DNA of 64,000 nt from an uncultured Acidobacteriota bacterium (GCA_963785755.1 CAWAXG010000002.1:625128-689127); one strand, 5' to 3'; positions 47,796 to 58,512 are shown, counted from the stretch's first letter. Numbers and translations: made by a program. Notes: generated by a model from the sequence alone, not told the origin.

Positions 47796-47949
47796 AGGGG
47801 GTTAGACGGCACGTCGCCATCGATGTTCCGGGCACATCAAGGGGTCAGGCCGTGAATTGGTGAACAGGGGGTCAGGCCCCGAAACAACCGGGACCACCGA
47901 GACAACGCCGGCGCCCTGGCTGCCGTCAAAGAGTCCGGAGGTCGAACGA

Positions 47950-48765
47950 ATGCACGGAACAGTTGGCACAACACGGGCTTTGGGCTTCGCGCTCGCCCTG
48001 ACTCTTCTCGCGCCCGCGGGGGGCGCGATCACGACGGCGCAGCAGACCGACGACTGGTGCCGCGAGGACAACTGGGGCCGGGACCGCGCGGGCGTCTGCG
48101 ACGTCCGGCAGTTCACGGTGGCGGCGACCTCCGGCGTCCTGTCGGTGAGCGGAACGAATGGCGGCGTTCGCGTCGACGGACAGGCACGCGGCGATGTGTT
48201 GATCCTCGCCAAGGTCGTGGCGACCGCCTCGACCGAGGCGCGCGCGCGGGAAATCGCAAATTCGATCCAGCTCAATCCGACGCTCGAGCGCATCCGCGCC
48301 GAGGGCCCTCGGACCCAGAATCGCGAGGGATGGTCGGTCAGCTATCGCATCGCCGTCCCGCGGGCGCTCAACGTCTCGGTCGAAACCAGCAACGGCGGCA
48401 TCGTCATCCAGGACCTGGATTCGAAGGTGGACTTCCGTACCAGCAACGGCGGCGTGAAGCTCATCGGACTCGCGGGCGAGGTCCGTGGACGCACGTCGAA
48501 CGGCGGGATCGACGTGGATCTCGATGGCCAGGCGTGGATCGGCGAAGGACTCGAGGTGGAAACGAGCAACGGCGGCGTGCGCCTCTCAATCCCCGAACAT
48601 TATTCGGCGCGGCTCGAGGCGACCACCCACAATGGCGGCATGAACATCGACTATCCCGGCGTGGCCGAGCCTCGCGATCGGGATCTCTCGGTGCAGCTCG
48701 GATCCGGCGGCGCGCCGATTCGGGTGCGGACGTCGAACGGCGGGATCAGGGTCTCTCGCAAATAG
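47950..48765 (+). CDS. DUF4097-like beta-strand repeat protein, secreted
   Basis: Signal peptide (ALGFALALTLLAPAGG) and repeated SNGG[IV] strands. Confidence 0.7.
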   Translation: MHGTVGTTRALGFALALTLLAPAGGAITTAQQTDDWCREDNWGRDRAGVCDVRQFTVAATSGVLSVSGTNGGVRVDGQARGDVLILAKVVATASTEARAREIANSIQLNPTLERIRAEGPRTQNREGWSVSYRIAVPRALNVSVETSNGGIVIQDLDSKVDFRTSNGGVKLIGLAGEVRGRTSNGGIDVDLDGQAWIGEGLEVETSNGGVRLSIPEHYSARLEATTHNGGMNIDYPGVAEPRDRDLSVQLGSGGAPIRVRTSNGGIRVSRK

Positions 48766-48803
48766 CGACCCTGATCTCGAGGACGGAATCCTCTTGGTTC
48801 CTA

Positions 48804-48859
48804 TTCACAGGGAGGACGGGAGGGACGTCGAAAACTTTTCCTCCCGTCCTCCTTGTGAA
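48804..48859. terminator. ~20-bp-stem hairpin between convergent genes (candidate bidirectional terminator; member of a repeat family)
   Basis: ttcacagggaggacgggagg - gacgtcgaaaactttt - cctcccgtcctccttgtgaa. Confidence 0.55.
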
Positions 48860-48903
48860 AGAAGGTCCTCCCTGTGCAAAGAAACAGAACTCCCGTCCTC
48901 GTA

Positions 48904-50951
48904 TCAGAGATACTTCCTGAGCCACCCGAAGACCGCTTCGTGCCACACGCGGCTGTTGTTGGCCTGCAACACCCAGTGCCCCTCGTCCGGGAACACCAGC
49001 GCCTCCGCAGGCACGCCGTTGCGCCGCAGCACGGTGAACATCTGCAGCCCTTGATCGACGGGGACCCGGAAGTCGAGCTCGTTGGTGATGATCAGCGTCG
49101 GCGTCTTGATCTTGTGCGCGTGAAGGTGCGGGGACCACGTCATGTACTGTTCCCGCGCCTTCGCACTCCAGGGCGGACCGCCGAACTCCCACTCCGTGAA
49201 CCACAGCTCCTCGGTCGCCATCGCCATCGACTCGAGATTGAACACGCCGTCGTGTGAGACCGCGGCCTTGAAGCGGTTGCTCCGCCCGAGAATCCAGTTG
49301 ACCGCGTAACCTCCGTAGCTCGCTCCCGCGATGCCCATCCGCGTGGCATCCGCATACGGCAGCTTCGCGGCGGCGTTGAACACCGCGTCGAGATCGACCA
49401 TGACCTTGCCGGCCCAGTCGCCGGTGATCTCGTCGACGAACTTCTGGCCGAATCCGGTCGAGCCGCGCGGATTCGGCGCGACGATGACCCATCCTTGCGC
49501 GGCCCAGAGTGACGGGTTCCAGCGCGTCGACCACGCGTCCTCCCACGCTCCCTGCGGCCCGCCATGAATCAGGAACACGACCGGATACCGCTTGGCGGCA
49601 TCGAACTGCGGAGGCTTGATCACCCAGGTACCTGCACGGGTGTCCCGGCCGCGCCCTTGACCGTATGGCTCTCCGGTCGCGCGAACGCCACGTCGCGCAG
49701 CCATGCGGTATTCTCCTGCGTGATCACCTTCTCATTGCCGCCCGCGGCGTCGACCCGGACGAGCTCGGGCGGCGCGGTCAGCGTCGATCTCGAGAACACT
49801 ACGAAGCCATCGCCTGGCCTGGCGGCGGAGATCGCTCCCCCTTCCGCGATCCGCTTTGGCGTCCCGCCCCCGGCCGGCACGACGAACAGGTGCTCGCGGC
49901 CGTCCTGCGCGGCGGAGAACCAGACCGATTGGCCGTCCTTCGTCAGCGCGAAGTCGCCAACCGACAGGTCGGGCATCGTGAAGAGGGTGCGCTTCGCGCC
50001 GGTCGATCGATCGTAGGCGTCAAGGTACCAGCGATCGGACTCGAATCCCGGCCGGCGCTGCGCGCGAACGAAGAGGGTCTTGCCGTCCGGCGAGAACACC
50101 GGCTGCAGATCGGCGGCGGCGTTGGTCGTCAGCTTGCGCGCAGTTCCGCCCGCGGCGTCGACGATCCAGACGTCGTTGTTCGTGGTCCAGGCTTCCTTGT
50201 CGTTGCCTTCGCGGCCCGAGACGAACGCCAGCTCGCGGCCGTCCGGCGAAAACGCCATGCCCGCGTCCTCCTGCTGGACCGGCGGCGCATCGAAATCTCC
50301 CGGCGTGACGTCCACGGCGCGGCGTGAGGCGATGTCCGCGACGAGCACATGGTGGCGGATGTTCTCCCGCCACTCGTCCCAGTGCCTCGAGAGCAGCCGG
50401 GTGAGACGGCGGACCTTGACCGGGTTCTTGTCCGCTTCCTCTTTCTTGCGCTTGTTGCACTCCTCGTCTGCGCACTCCGGGTAGACATCCGAGACGAATG
50501 CGATCTTCGAGCCGTCCGGAGAAAAGACGAGCGGCGGCAGCACGCCCATGGCGAGGTCCGTCACTCTTCGAACGTCCTTGCCGTCCGCGTCGGCGACGTA
50601 CAGCTGTGCGGTCCCTTCGCGCGTGGAGATGAAGGCGATCCGGCGCCCGTCGGCCGAGAACCGCGGCGTGTTCTCCGATCGTTCACCGGCAATCAACTCG
50701 TGCGGCGTGCCCCCGTCAGCGGGCACACGCCAGATGTCGGCGTTGCGGCGTCCCGATTTCAGGTCCGTGGTCGTCCGCAAGTAAATGACCGTTCGGCCGT
50801 CGGGCGAGAGCTGTGGATCCGCGATGCGGATGGCCGCGAGCAGATCGTCGACAGCCATCGGCCGGCCGCCCTGCGCTCGAACCGCACACGTCGCGAAGGT
50901 CGCCATGAGCAGCGCCATCGCGGACAGAGGGGTTTTCATGCTCGTCATCAT
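48904..50951 (-). pseudogene. S9-family serine peptidase (beta-propeller + prolyl oligopeptidase/acylaminoacyl-peptidase domain); one frame disruption as assembled
   Basis: ORF 49620..51020 holds the signal peptide and TolB-like propeller. ORF 48904..49704 holds the catalytic domain (GASYGGY, HGGPQG). The break lies at caGGTACCtgg (about 49626-49633). Confidence 0.85.
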
Positions 50952-50955
50952 TCCC

Positions 50956-51426
50956 CTACCAGCGGAAAAGCGGCCGTGCGTTGGGAGTGCCCGGCCAGGG
51001 AATCGCGGCGGCAATCGCAATCAGTGCGAGGACGAAGAAAATCGCCACGACCTTGTGCCGGCGACCGTGATCCTGGATGCGCTGCGCCCGTTTGACGCCG
51101 ATATGAGACAGGGCGACCCCGACAAGCATCCCGAAGACGTGCTCGACCGCCCAGAAACGGGTCGCATCCACCTGCATCGCGCCACTGAAATCGGACAATG
51201 CCGCGCGGGTGATCGGACTCAGCACGAAGTACAACAGCAGCCCCAGCAGTACCTGGAGGTCCAGGCTGTGCATGAACAGCCTGGCAGCCCGATCATCCGC
51301 AGGCAGCCACGGCCGGCGGCTGATCGCGCCGGAGATCGCTCGTCCGAGCGCGATGAGCGCGAACACGAGCACCAACCATCTGAGCCAGGAATGCAAGAAC
51401 AGCACAGCCGCATACATGAGGACCAT
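50956..51426 (-). CDS. Hypothetical 4-TM membrane protein
   Basis: Hydrophobic 156-aa ORF (LFLHSWLRWLVLVFALIALG...). No family assigned. Confidence 0.5.
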   Translation of the reverse strand: MVLMYAAVLFLHSWLRWLVLVFALIALGRAISGAISRRPWLPADDRAARLFMHSLDLQVLLGLLLYFVLSPITRAALSDFSGAMQVDATRFWAVEHVFGMLVGVALSHIGVKRAQRIQDHGRRHKVVAIFFVLALIAIAAAIPWPGTPNARPLFRW

Positions 51427-51436
51427 TGTAGTAAAC

Positions 51437-51532
51437 CCTGACCGAGCCCACCTGATCCCCTGATCCCCGATCCCGAAGACACGCCCGAGCCCCGAGTCCC
51501 GAGTCCCGAGCAGTCCCGAATCCCGAGTCCCG
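51437..51532. repeat. Short-period array CCTGATCCC/CCGATCCC plus CCCGAGT units (array H, reverse of array G)
   Basis: cctgaccgagcccacctgatcccctgatccccgatcccgaag...cccgagccccgagtcccgagtcccgagcagtcccgaatcccgagtcccg lies in a divergent intergenic region. Confidence 0.85.
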
Positions 51533-51569
51533 TCGAGATGCGAATAAGAGGAACCCCGACGCCGGGAAG

Positions 51570-52349
51570 GTGTCCAATGGCTACATGCTCGAAGCCCGCT
51601 CCCTCACCAAGTACTACGCCGCCGTGCCGGCCATCCGCGACGTCAGCTTCAAGCTGGCGCACGGAGGCATCCTCGGGCTGCTCGGGCCCAACGGTTCGGG
51701 AAAATCGACCACGGTGTCGATCCTGACCGGGCTGCTCGAGCCCTCGGGCGGCAGCGTCCTCCTCGACGGTTCGCCGGTCCGCGACGATCTCCTCCACTAC
51801 AAGACCCGCGTCGGATACGTGCCGGAAGAGGCGGTCCTCTACACCTATCTGACCGGGCCGGAATACCTGGCACTCGTCGGCGGACTGCGCGGCATCCCGC
51901 CGCGGCGGCTGAACGAGAAGATCGACGGGTTTCTCCGGCTGTTCGGCCTGCAGGACGACATCCATGCGCCGATGTCTGCCTACTCGAAGGGGATGCGCCA
52001 GAAAATCCTGATCTCGGCGGCGCTGCTGCACGATCCGAGCATCATCGTGCTCGACGAACCGAATTCCGGACTGGATGTCACGACGTCACTGGTGCTGCGC
52101 CGCCTGGTGCAGCGTCTGGCGGCGGAAGGACGGATGGTGATCTACTCGTCGCACGTGCTCGAGATTGTCGAACAGGTCGCCACCGATGTGCTGATTCTCC
52201 ATGACGGCCACGTCGTCGCCCACGATTCGGTCTCGCGCCTGCGCGAGCTGATGATGCTGTCGTCGCTCGAGGAGGTCTTCAAGAACCTGGTCATCGCGAC
52301 CGATCTCGACGGCGTCGCCGCCGATCTCGTCTCGGTCATGAAGGTCTGA
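51570..52349 (+). CDS. ABC transporter ATP-binding protein (ABC-2 type)
   Basis: GPNGSGKST, YSKGMRQKILISAAL and IVLDEPNSGLD. Confidence 0.9.
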   Translation: MSNGYMLEARSLTKYYAAVPAIRDVSFKLAHGGILGLLGPNGSGKSTTVSILTGLLEPSGGSVLLDGSPVRDDLLHYKTRVGYVPEEAVLYTYLTGPEYLALVGGLRGIPPRRLNEKIDGFLRLFGLQDDIHAPMSAYSKGMRQKILISAALLHDPSIIVLDEPNSGLDVTTSLVLRRLVQRLAAEGRMVIYSSHVLEIVEQVATDVLILHDGHVVAHDSVSRLRELMMLSSLEEVFKNLVIATDLDGVAADLVSVMKV

Positions 52350-52350
52350 C

Positions 52351-54069
52351 GTGCTGAGCCAGACGCGGCTGCTGGCCCGGACGTTCTTCTCGCGGATGTT
52401 CGAGAGCGATCTGATGCCCGAGGGCCTGCCTCAGGTCCAGCTCATGCTCTGGGGAACCCTTCTCGCCGCAACGCCAACCACTGGCTATCCTCTGCTCATT
52501 CGCCATCCAGTCTTCGATTCGGATCGCATCATCCTGATCACCCTGACGATGGTCGCGATCGGTTTCGTGGCGCTGATCATCTGGGATGGCGTGTTTCCGG
52601 ATCGCCGGGACGTACGCATCCTCGGCCCGCTGCCGATCGCAAACCACCGGTTCGTGTTCGCCAGGCTGACCGCGCTCGGACAGGTCTTCCTGCTGTTCGC
52701 GGCGCCGGTGTGCATCCCGCAGGCGATCATGATCGCAATGATCGCCGCCGGCTACGGCGGCCCGATTGGCCGCATTCACGGCACCGCGGCACACTTCGTC
52801 ACCGTCACGCTCGCCGCCACGTTCGTCTTCAGCTTGCTCATCGCGGTTCAGTGTCTGCTGCTGCTGGCGTTCGGCCGCCGCGCCGCGCAATCCGCGTCGA
52901 TGGCCTTCCAGGTGCTGTTCGCGGTCGGTCTCGTGCAGATGCTGGTATTCCTCGGCGAGATGGGACGCGTGCTCGGCGCCGCCAGCGCAGGACAAGGACT
53001 CGGCCTGGCCGTGTTCCTGCCGCCGACGTGGTTTCTCGGGCTTCACGGGGTGTTGACCGGCAGCGACCATGCCCTGGCGCAGCCGCTGGCGCGCCTCGCC
53101 ATCGGCGGCAACATCGTGGCGGTACTGCTTGCCGTCGGGCTCTACGCCTCCACGTATTCCCATCTGTCCCGGCGCGCGCTCGAAGGGCCGGCGCCGCGTG
53201 GCTGGCGGCCGCGCCACGTGGCGGTCGCGAGCGGTCTGCTCAACCGGCGGACCGGCTTCAACTCACCACTCAGGAGGGCGATCCGGCAGTTCGCGGTTCG
53301 AACGCTCGTCAGAAGCCGCACCCATCGCATGATGCTGGCGGTCTACGGCGGCATCGCGCTGGCGCTCGTCGTGTCATCGGCCGCTTCGGTCGCCATGCGC
53401 GACAACGGCGCGGGGCTGTGGCGGCCGGGGATCGCGATGCTGTCCATGCCGCTGATCCTGCAGTTCCTGCTGCTCGTCGGCCTTCGCGTGATCACCGCGG
53501 TACCGTCGGAACCGAAAGGACGCTGGGCGTTTCGCGCGGGCGAGCCGGCCGACCGCCACGAAGCGGTCTCCGCCACGCGCGACACGATGCTGGTGACCGT
53601 CGTCCTGCCGACGGCGATTCTCGCGCTGGCGCAGGGAGTGACGTTCTGGGGAATCTGGCCGGGGGTGAGCCACGGCGCGTTCGTCCTGGTGATCGGCACG
53701 CTGTTCAGCGAGCTGCTGGTCTCGCGAACGGCGAAGCTGCCGTTCGCCTGCACCTACTTCCCGGGCAAGTCCCGCGTGTTTACCTTATGGCCGTTGTACC
53801 TGATCGCCTTCTTCTCCTACACGGTCTTCCTCGCCGCGATCGAAAGCGGCCTGCTGACCCGGCCCGGGAAGTTCATCATCTTCTGCCTGTGCGCGATTCT
53901 TGCCACACGGCTGCTCGCCCTGTACCGGCGCTTTTCGCTGGCGGCCTTGCCCGCCCTCCTGTTCGAAGAGGAGGATCCCGACGCGATCTTCGAGGGCTTC
54001 AATCTGAGTGAGGGCCTCGCGGCAGCGCCGAAGACGGTCGGGGACAGCCTGGCGCCGGTGAGGGAATGA
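52351..54069 (+). CDS. Large polytopic membrane protein, probable cognate ABC-2-like permease
   Basis: 572-aa ORF with about 12 hydrophobic segments. Adjacent to the ATPase with a 1-nt gap. Confidence 0.65.
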   Translation: MLSQTRLLARTFFSRMFESDLMPEGLPQVQLMLWGTLLAATPTTGYPLLIRHPVFDSDRIILITLTMVAIGFVALIIWDGVFPDRRDVRILGPLPIANHRFVFARLTALGQVFLLFAAPVCIPQAIMIAMIAAGYGGPIGRIHGTAAHFVTVTLAATFVFSLLIAVQCLLLLAFGRRAAQSASMAFQVLFAVGLVQMLVFLGEMGRVLGAASAGQGLGLAVFLPPTWFLGLHGVLTGSDHALAQPLARLAIGGNIVAVLLAVGLYASTYSHLSRRALEGPAPRGWRPRHVAVASGLLNRRTGFNSPLRRAIRQFAVRTLVRSRTHRMMLAVYGGIALALVVSSAASVAMRDNGAGLWRPGIAMLSMPLILQFLLLVGLRVITAVPSEPKGRWAFRAGEPADRHEAVSATRDTMLVTVVLPTAILALAQGVTFWGIWPGVSHGAFVLVIGTLFSELLVSRTAKLPFACTYFPGKSRVFTLWPLYLIAFFSYTVFLAAIESGLLTRPGKFIIFCLCAILATRLLALYRRFSLAALPALLFEEEDPDAIFEGFNLSEGLAAAPKTVGDSLAPVRE

Positions 54070-54096
54070 GTCAGGGAGTGACCAGGTGTGAGCCCT

Positions 54097-54126
54097 TGGG
54101 AGTTGGAGGTTGGGAGTTGGAGTTCT
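54097..54126. repeat. GGGAGTTGGAG-type short repeat (array K)
   Basis: ttgggagttggaggttgggagttggagttc. Reverse copies lie at 55171-55185 and 55277-55295, and a forward copy at 55381-55399. Confidence 0.8.
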
Positions 54127-54192
54127 CACTGCTGCGTTTCTCGGCACCCTGTTAAGTCCAGACTCCCGTCCTCCCTTCCTCCCTGTGAATAA

Positions 54193-55113
54193 TCACGGCT
54201 TGCCCCGAATCACGCTCCGCGTCCTCACGGTCACTCCCTTCCTCAACACCTTCACTTCGATCTCGCGAAGGTCGGCGCTGCGCTGGACGGGCGGGTTCGC
54301 GATCCCGAGCATGTAGTAGCTCCCCGTTTCGCGCCAGATCCGATCGGCCGGGCCGCGAAAATCATTCGTGTTCATGAACGCATGGCCGCCGGTCTCGCGC
54401 GCGAATCCGTTCTCGCCGCCGAAGTATCCGGTCGGGCCGGCGCCCAGGCCGGCGGGATCGATCACGTAGAGCGTCGTATACGCCGAGCCCATCGCGCGCA
54501 TCGCTGAGACCCACAACGGACCGAGATCGCGCTGGCCCGGCGGCGGCAGTGGCGTGTCGAACAGCCAGCCGGCGCCGATCGCGACGATCGTCTTGCGTCG
54601 ATCGGAGACCTCGGTCAGCTGGCGCGTGATGTCGGTCACCATCTGCAGCACATGTTCACCTGCATCCTCGATGCGAAACGGGAATGGCTGCGGGTTGTAG
54701 CTGTCGATGGCGCGCCGCAGCTGCATTCGATCGTCGGTGAGCTGCATCACACCGCCATTGAGCGGGACGATCGCCATCCGGTCGCCGGGCGCCAGCCGAT
54801 CGACCAGCAGCCGCGCCGCTTCCCTCACCCTGGGCACGAGCACCGGAGGAACCGACGCGTTGTCGAGAATCACCACCACAGTACGGCTGAGACCGCTCTC
54901 GGGTGTGACCGCGACGACGTCGGTGATCGGAATGCGATAGCCGCTGATCCAGACCTCGAACTCCTTCGGCGTCAGGTCGGTCACCGGCGCATCGTGACGC
55001 CCTTCCGTGGTGACGTCGATCCACAACTCGGCTCGCGCGGGCGGCGCAGGAGTCCGCGGCTGAGACTGCGCGGCGATCGTGCTGAGCGCAACGGCGAAGA
55101 GCAAGCTGTGCAT
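54193..55113 (-). CDS. VWA domain protein (acidobacterial TIGR03436-like)
   Basis: Start MHSLLFAVALS (55113). LTPKEFEVWISGYRIPI...VVVILDNAS...DRMAIVPLNG. Confidence 0.75.
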   Translation of the reverse strand: MHSLLFAVALSTIAAQSQPRTPAPPARAELWIDVTTEGRHDAPVTDLTPKEFEVWISGYRIPITDVVAVTPESGLSRTVVVILDNASVPPVLVPRVREAARLLVDRLAPGDRMAIVPLNGGVMQLTDDRMQLRRAIDSYNPQPFPFRIEDAGEHVLQMVTDITRQLTEVSDRRKTIVAIGAGWLFDTPLPPPGQRDLGPLWVSAMRAMGSAYTTLYVIDPAGLGAGPTGYFGGENGFARETGGHAFMNTNDFRGPADRIWRETGSYYMLGIANPPVQRSADLREIEVKVLRKGVTVRTRSVIRGKP

Positions 55114-55276
55114 TGGAGTGAATCCGGTAATCGAGCAGGGCTGGCTACCGGCGAGTCTACTGCAACTCGTCAACTCCCAACCTCCCCGCCGTCGCGCGCA
55201 GAAAGTCGACGCGCGCTCTGGCGAGGCCTCGCCGGAGCTTGTCGCTCGCGTCTGGAGTGCGACAAGCGAAGGCGGG

Positions 55277-55399
55277 CAACTTCCAACTCCCAAAGGCGCA
55301 CCGCTCGTACCGATCTGGCTGAAAGCCGATGCAATGGGGCAGGCCGTTGCGACTTTCACCCGGCTGCGTCGAACCGATCGCTTTGGGAGTTGGAGTTTG
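55277..55399. repeat. Inverted repeat (19-nt arms, 85-nt spacer) in a 297-bp intergenic region
   Basis: caacttccaactcccaaag (55277-55295) vs ctttgggagttggagtttg (55381-55399). 14 contiguous complementary bases. Confidence 0.8.
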
Positions 55400-55410
55400 A
55401 CAGCGTCAGC

Positions 55411-56190
55411 TCACCCGAGAGCCACCCACACGCCAAGCGCGACAACCCAGCCCGCGAGCGCGTCGGCGGCATAGTGATAGCGGCCGAGGACCGCACCGGC
55501 TGAAATCAGGGCCGCACTGACCGCGACGTATGCCACGTAGGGCCACGGGGCGCCGATGACGAGCAGCGCGGCGGCGAGCGCTTCTGCGGCGTGGCCGCTC
55601 GGGAAGGTGTTGACCTGGATGCTGGCCGTGCCGAGCACGCGCAGATTGAGCCGCCGGAGGCGGGCGATCCAGGGGTCGGCCGTTCGAAGGGCGCGCGGCG
55701 GCCGCGTCTGGATCCAGGGGAGGAATGCGAAGCAGACGAAGTCGGTGACGAGGATCACCGTCCAGAACCGCTCCGGATCGGGCGCGGCGCTGCCGAACTG
55801 ATGGATGGCGAACGCGACGGGGATCAGCGGATACACGCCGAGATAGGCGAGCTCCAGCAGCTCGGCGATCGAGCGCGGCGTCGCCGCGGCGGCGCGATCG
55901 ACGGCGAGCGCGCGATCGAGCTCCTCCAGCGCGCGTTCCGCCCGCGGCATGGGAGCCGCGAACAGGAGTCCGCTGGACCAGTAGCCGAGCAGCAGCAGAA
56001 TCAGGGGCAGAATCCAATCGTGGAGCAGGACGACGTGCGGCAGATAGTGCGCCACGAGCGCGAGCGCGATTCCGGCTGCCGATCCCGCCGTCGCCAGCAA
56101 CCGGCGGCGCGGCGGCAGACCGGGAACCAGCGGCGCAACCACCATCACGTACACGAAGAACGCGATGCTGGCGGCTATCCAGTCGAGCAT
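55411..56190 (-). CDS. PAP2-family membrane phosphatase
   Basis: FPSGHAAEALAAALL and a polytopic layout. Start MLDWIAAS overlaps the upstream stop (TGATG). Confidence 0.8.
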   Translation of the reverse strand: MLDWIAASIAFFVYVMVVAPLVPGLPPRRRLLATAGSAAGIALALVAHYLPHVVLLHDWILPLILLLLGYWSSGLLFAAPMPRAERALEELDRALAVDRAAAATPRSIAELLELAYLGVYPLIPVAFAIHQFGSAAPDPERFWTVILVTDFVCFAFLPWIQTRPPRALRTADPWIARLRRLNLRVLGTASIQVNTFPSGHAAEALAAALLVIGAPWPYVAYVAVSAALISAGAVLGRYHYAADALAGWVVALGVWVALG

Positions 56191-57017
56191 CACCGGCTCT
56201 CGGCGGGCGGCTTGGGGACGCTGGCGACGAACTGATCGATCGATCGCCAATAGAGATCCGGGGCGGCGACGTGCAGATCGTTGTGGTCGGCGCCAGGAAT
56301 CGTCACGAACACGCCTCGCGCCGATTTCGCATCGGCGAAGACCTGACGCCCCAGGCTGATCGGGATGATGCTGTCGGCATCGCCGTGGATCACGAGCAGA
56401 GGTCCGTCATAGTCGGCGATGAACCTGGACGTCGCGAAGCGGTACGAGGACAGAAAACTGAGCAGCCACATGACCGGATTCGATCGCAGCACGGAGCGCG
56501 CGTCCGGCATCGGGCTCTCCAGCACCAGCGCGCTCGGACGCAGGACCGACAGCGTCGACGCCGCGACCGGGCTCCCAATCGAGCGTCCCCAGTAAAGGAC
56601 CGGGACGCCGGGCCGGCGCAACCGTTGCGCGAATTCATTCACTGTGGCCGCCGCATCACGATAGATGCCGGTTTCACTCGGCGTACCGGTACTTGCGCCA
56701 TAGCCGCGATAGTCGACGGCCAGCACGCTGAACCCCCGTCGCCGCAGTTCCACGATGACGTCCATCCAGAGCGACAGATTGCCGCCGTTGCCGTGCCAGA
56801 ACACGACCTGCGCGCGGGGTTCGGGGTGTTCCAGCCACCATCCGTGCAGCGTCTCGCCATCCTGTGTCTGAATGCGTAAATCGACGTAAGACAGGCTCAC
56901 CGCCGCGGGGGTCTCCTGAACACCGGGGCTCGGAAAGAAGGCCATCCGCGGCTCGAGCCAGATGACGAGCACCTTGAGCAGGACCAGGCCGACAAGGAGC
57001 AGGACGATGGTCGACAT
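56190..57017 (-). CDS. Alpha/beta-fold hydrolase
   Basis: N-terminal TM, HGNGGN and GRSIGS nucleophile elbow (GxSxG). Start chosen at MSTIVLLL. Confidence 0.8.
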   Translation of the reverse strand: MSTIVLLLVGLVLLKVLVIWLEPRMAFFPSPGVQETPAAVSLSYVDLRIQTQDGETLHGWWLEHPEPRAQVVFWHGNGGNLSLWMDVIVELRRRGFSVLAVDYRGYGASTGTPSETGIYRDAAATVNEFAQRLRRPGVPVLYWGRSIGSPVAASTLSVLRPSALVLESPMPDARSVLRSNPVMWLLSFLSSYRFATSRFIADYDGPLLVIHGDADSIIPISLGRQVFADAKSARGVFVTIPGADHNDLHVAAPDLYWRSIDQFVASVPKPPAESR

Positions 57018-57088
57018 TCGAATGACTGGCAGACGCACTCGGATACTATTGCTCAACGGCACGTCACACACACGTCTCCCTTCCAATC

Positions 57089-57759
57089 TTGACACTCGAC
57101 CTGATCGTCTTCGACCTTGACGGCACCCTCATCGACTCACGTCGCGATCTCGCCGACGCGACCAACGCGCTCATCGTGGAGCTTGGCGGAACGGCGTTGC
57201 GCGAAGAGGAAGTGACGGCGATGGTAGGCGAAGGTGCCGCGGTGCTGGTGCGGCGGGCGCTGGCGGCGGCGGGCCTGGACCGCGTGCCGCCGTCGCGCTC
57301 GAGCGGTTCCTCGCCCACTATGACCAGCGGTTGACCGTGCATACGCGGCCTTACGCCGGCATTCCTGAGGCCCTGGACGCTCTGCGGCAACGGAAATGTG
57401 CGCTCGCCGTGTTGACCAACAAACCGCAACGGCCTACGCAAGTGATACTCGAGCGGCTGGATCTCGATCGCTGGTTCACTGACGTTGTCGGCGGCGACAC
57501 CGAAGCGGGACGCAAGCCGCAACCCAACGGCCTGCTGAAGATCATCGCGCGCGCGGGCGCGTCGCCGGATTCGACAGTCCTCGTCGGGGACTCGCCGATC
57601 GACCTTCAGACCGCCAGAGCCGCCGGCACGCGCATCTGCCTTGCCCGATATGGATTCGGCTACCGATTCGGACACGAGTCGTTCCGGGGGGATGAGCTGT
57701 TCGTCGACGCTCCGTCAGAGCTGCCGGGGGTGTTGGCTGATTCGAGAAGGCACTGTTAA
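57089..57759 (+). pseudogene. HAD-family phosphatase (phosphoglycolate phosphatase-like); one frame disruption as assembled
   Basis: IVFDLDGTLIDS (ORF 57089..57334) continues as ALERFLAHYDQRLTVHTRPY...LTNKP...LVGDSPIDLQTA (ORF 57331..57759 frame). The break is near 57292. Confidence 0.85.
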
Positions 57760-57810
57760 AGGGCAAGGGGCAAGGACAACGGCAGGAACAAAGAGGCGAC
57801 TTGGTACTGG

Positions 57811-58512
57811 TCAGATCTCCCCCTTCAAATACGCCCGCCGTTCGCGCTCCGGGAACTTCTCGATCGCATACCTCAGCATCGTCCGCGGCATGCGGTGATA
57901 CCGCGTCTTCAGGAATGCCCGCTCGGCGCGGCCGTCCCGATTGCCAACCTCGCGAAGCATCCAGCCCACGGCCTTGTGGATCAGGTCGCGGTCGTCGTCC
58001 AGGAGGAGGTCGGCGATCCGGAACGTGTCGTCGAATTCCAGCCGTCTGATGAAGTGATTCGTCGCGATGATGGCAATCCGCCGTTCCCACAGCGATCGCG
58101 AGCGCGCCAGGCGCGTGAGCGCCGCGCGGGGGCGATCCTGGAGCCAGGCGCCAACGATGTGCGCGGCCGAACAGTCGACGAGATCCCAGTTGTTGATGAA
58201 GGGTGTGCTCGCCAGATACAGGCGATAGATGCGCCGCCGCTCCGCGTCAGTGCCGCCCTTGAATGCATCCACGAGGAGAAGCAGAGCCAGCAGCCGCTCC
58301 TCGTGCACCGGGGAACCGAGCAGACTCTGGATATCCTCGATCGCCGTTCCCCGACACTCCCGGCAGATTTTTCGGACCTGCGGAACGGTGAGGCCGATGA
58401 ACACGTCACCCTCGGCGTACTCGCCGGGTCCGGTCTTGAAGAATCGCTGCAATGACGCCGCGCGTGACCGGTCCGCTTGACCGCGAAGGAGCGCGCGAAT
58501 CCTATCGCTCAT
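57811..58512 (-). CDS. DNA alkylation repair protein (AlkD-like HEAT-repeat)
   Basis: LQRFFKTGPGEYAEGDVFIGL...NNWDLVD...AVGWMLREVG. Confidence 0.85.
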   Translation of the reverse strand: MSDRIRALLRGQADRSRAASLQRFFKTGPGEYAEGDVFIGLTVPQVRKICRECRGTAIEDIQSLLGSPVHEERLLALLLLVDAFKGGTDAERRRIYRLYLASTPFINNWDLVDCSAAHIVGAWLQDRPRAALTRLARSRSLWERRIAIIATNHFIRRLEFDDTFRIADLLLDDDRDLIHKAVGWMLREVGNRDGRAERAFLKTRYHRMPRTMLRYAIEKFPERERRAYLKGEI

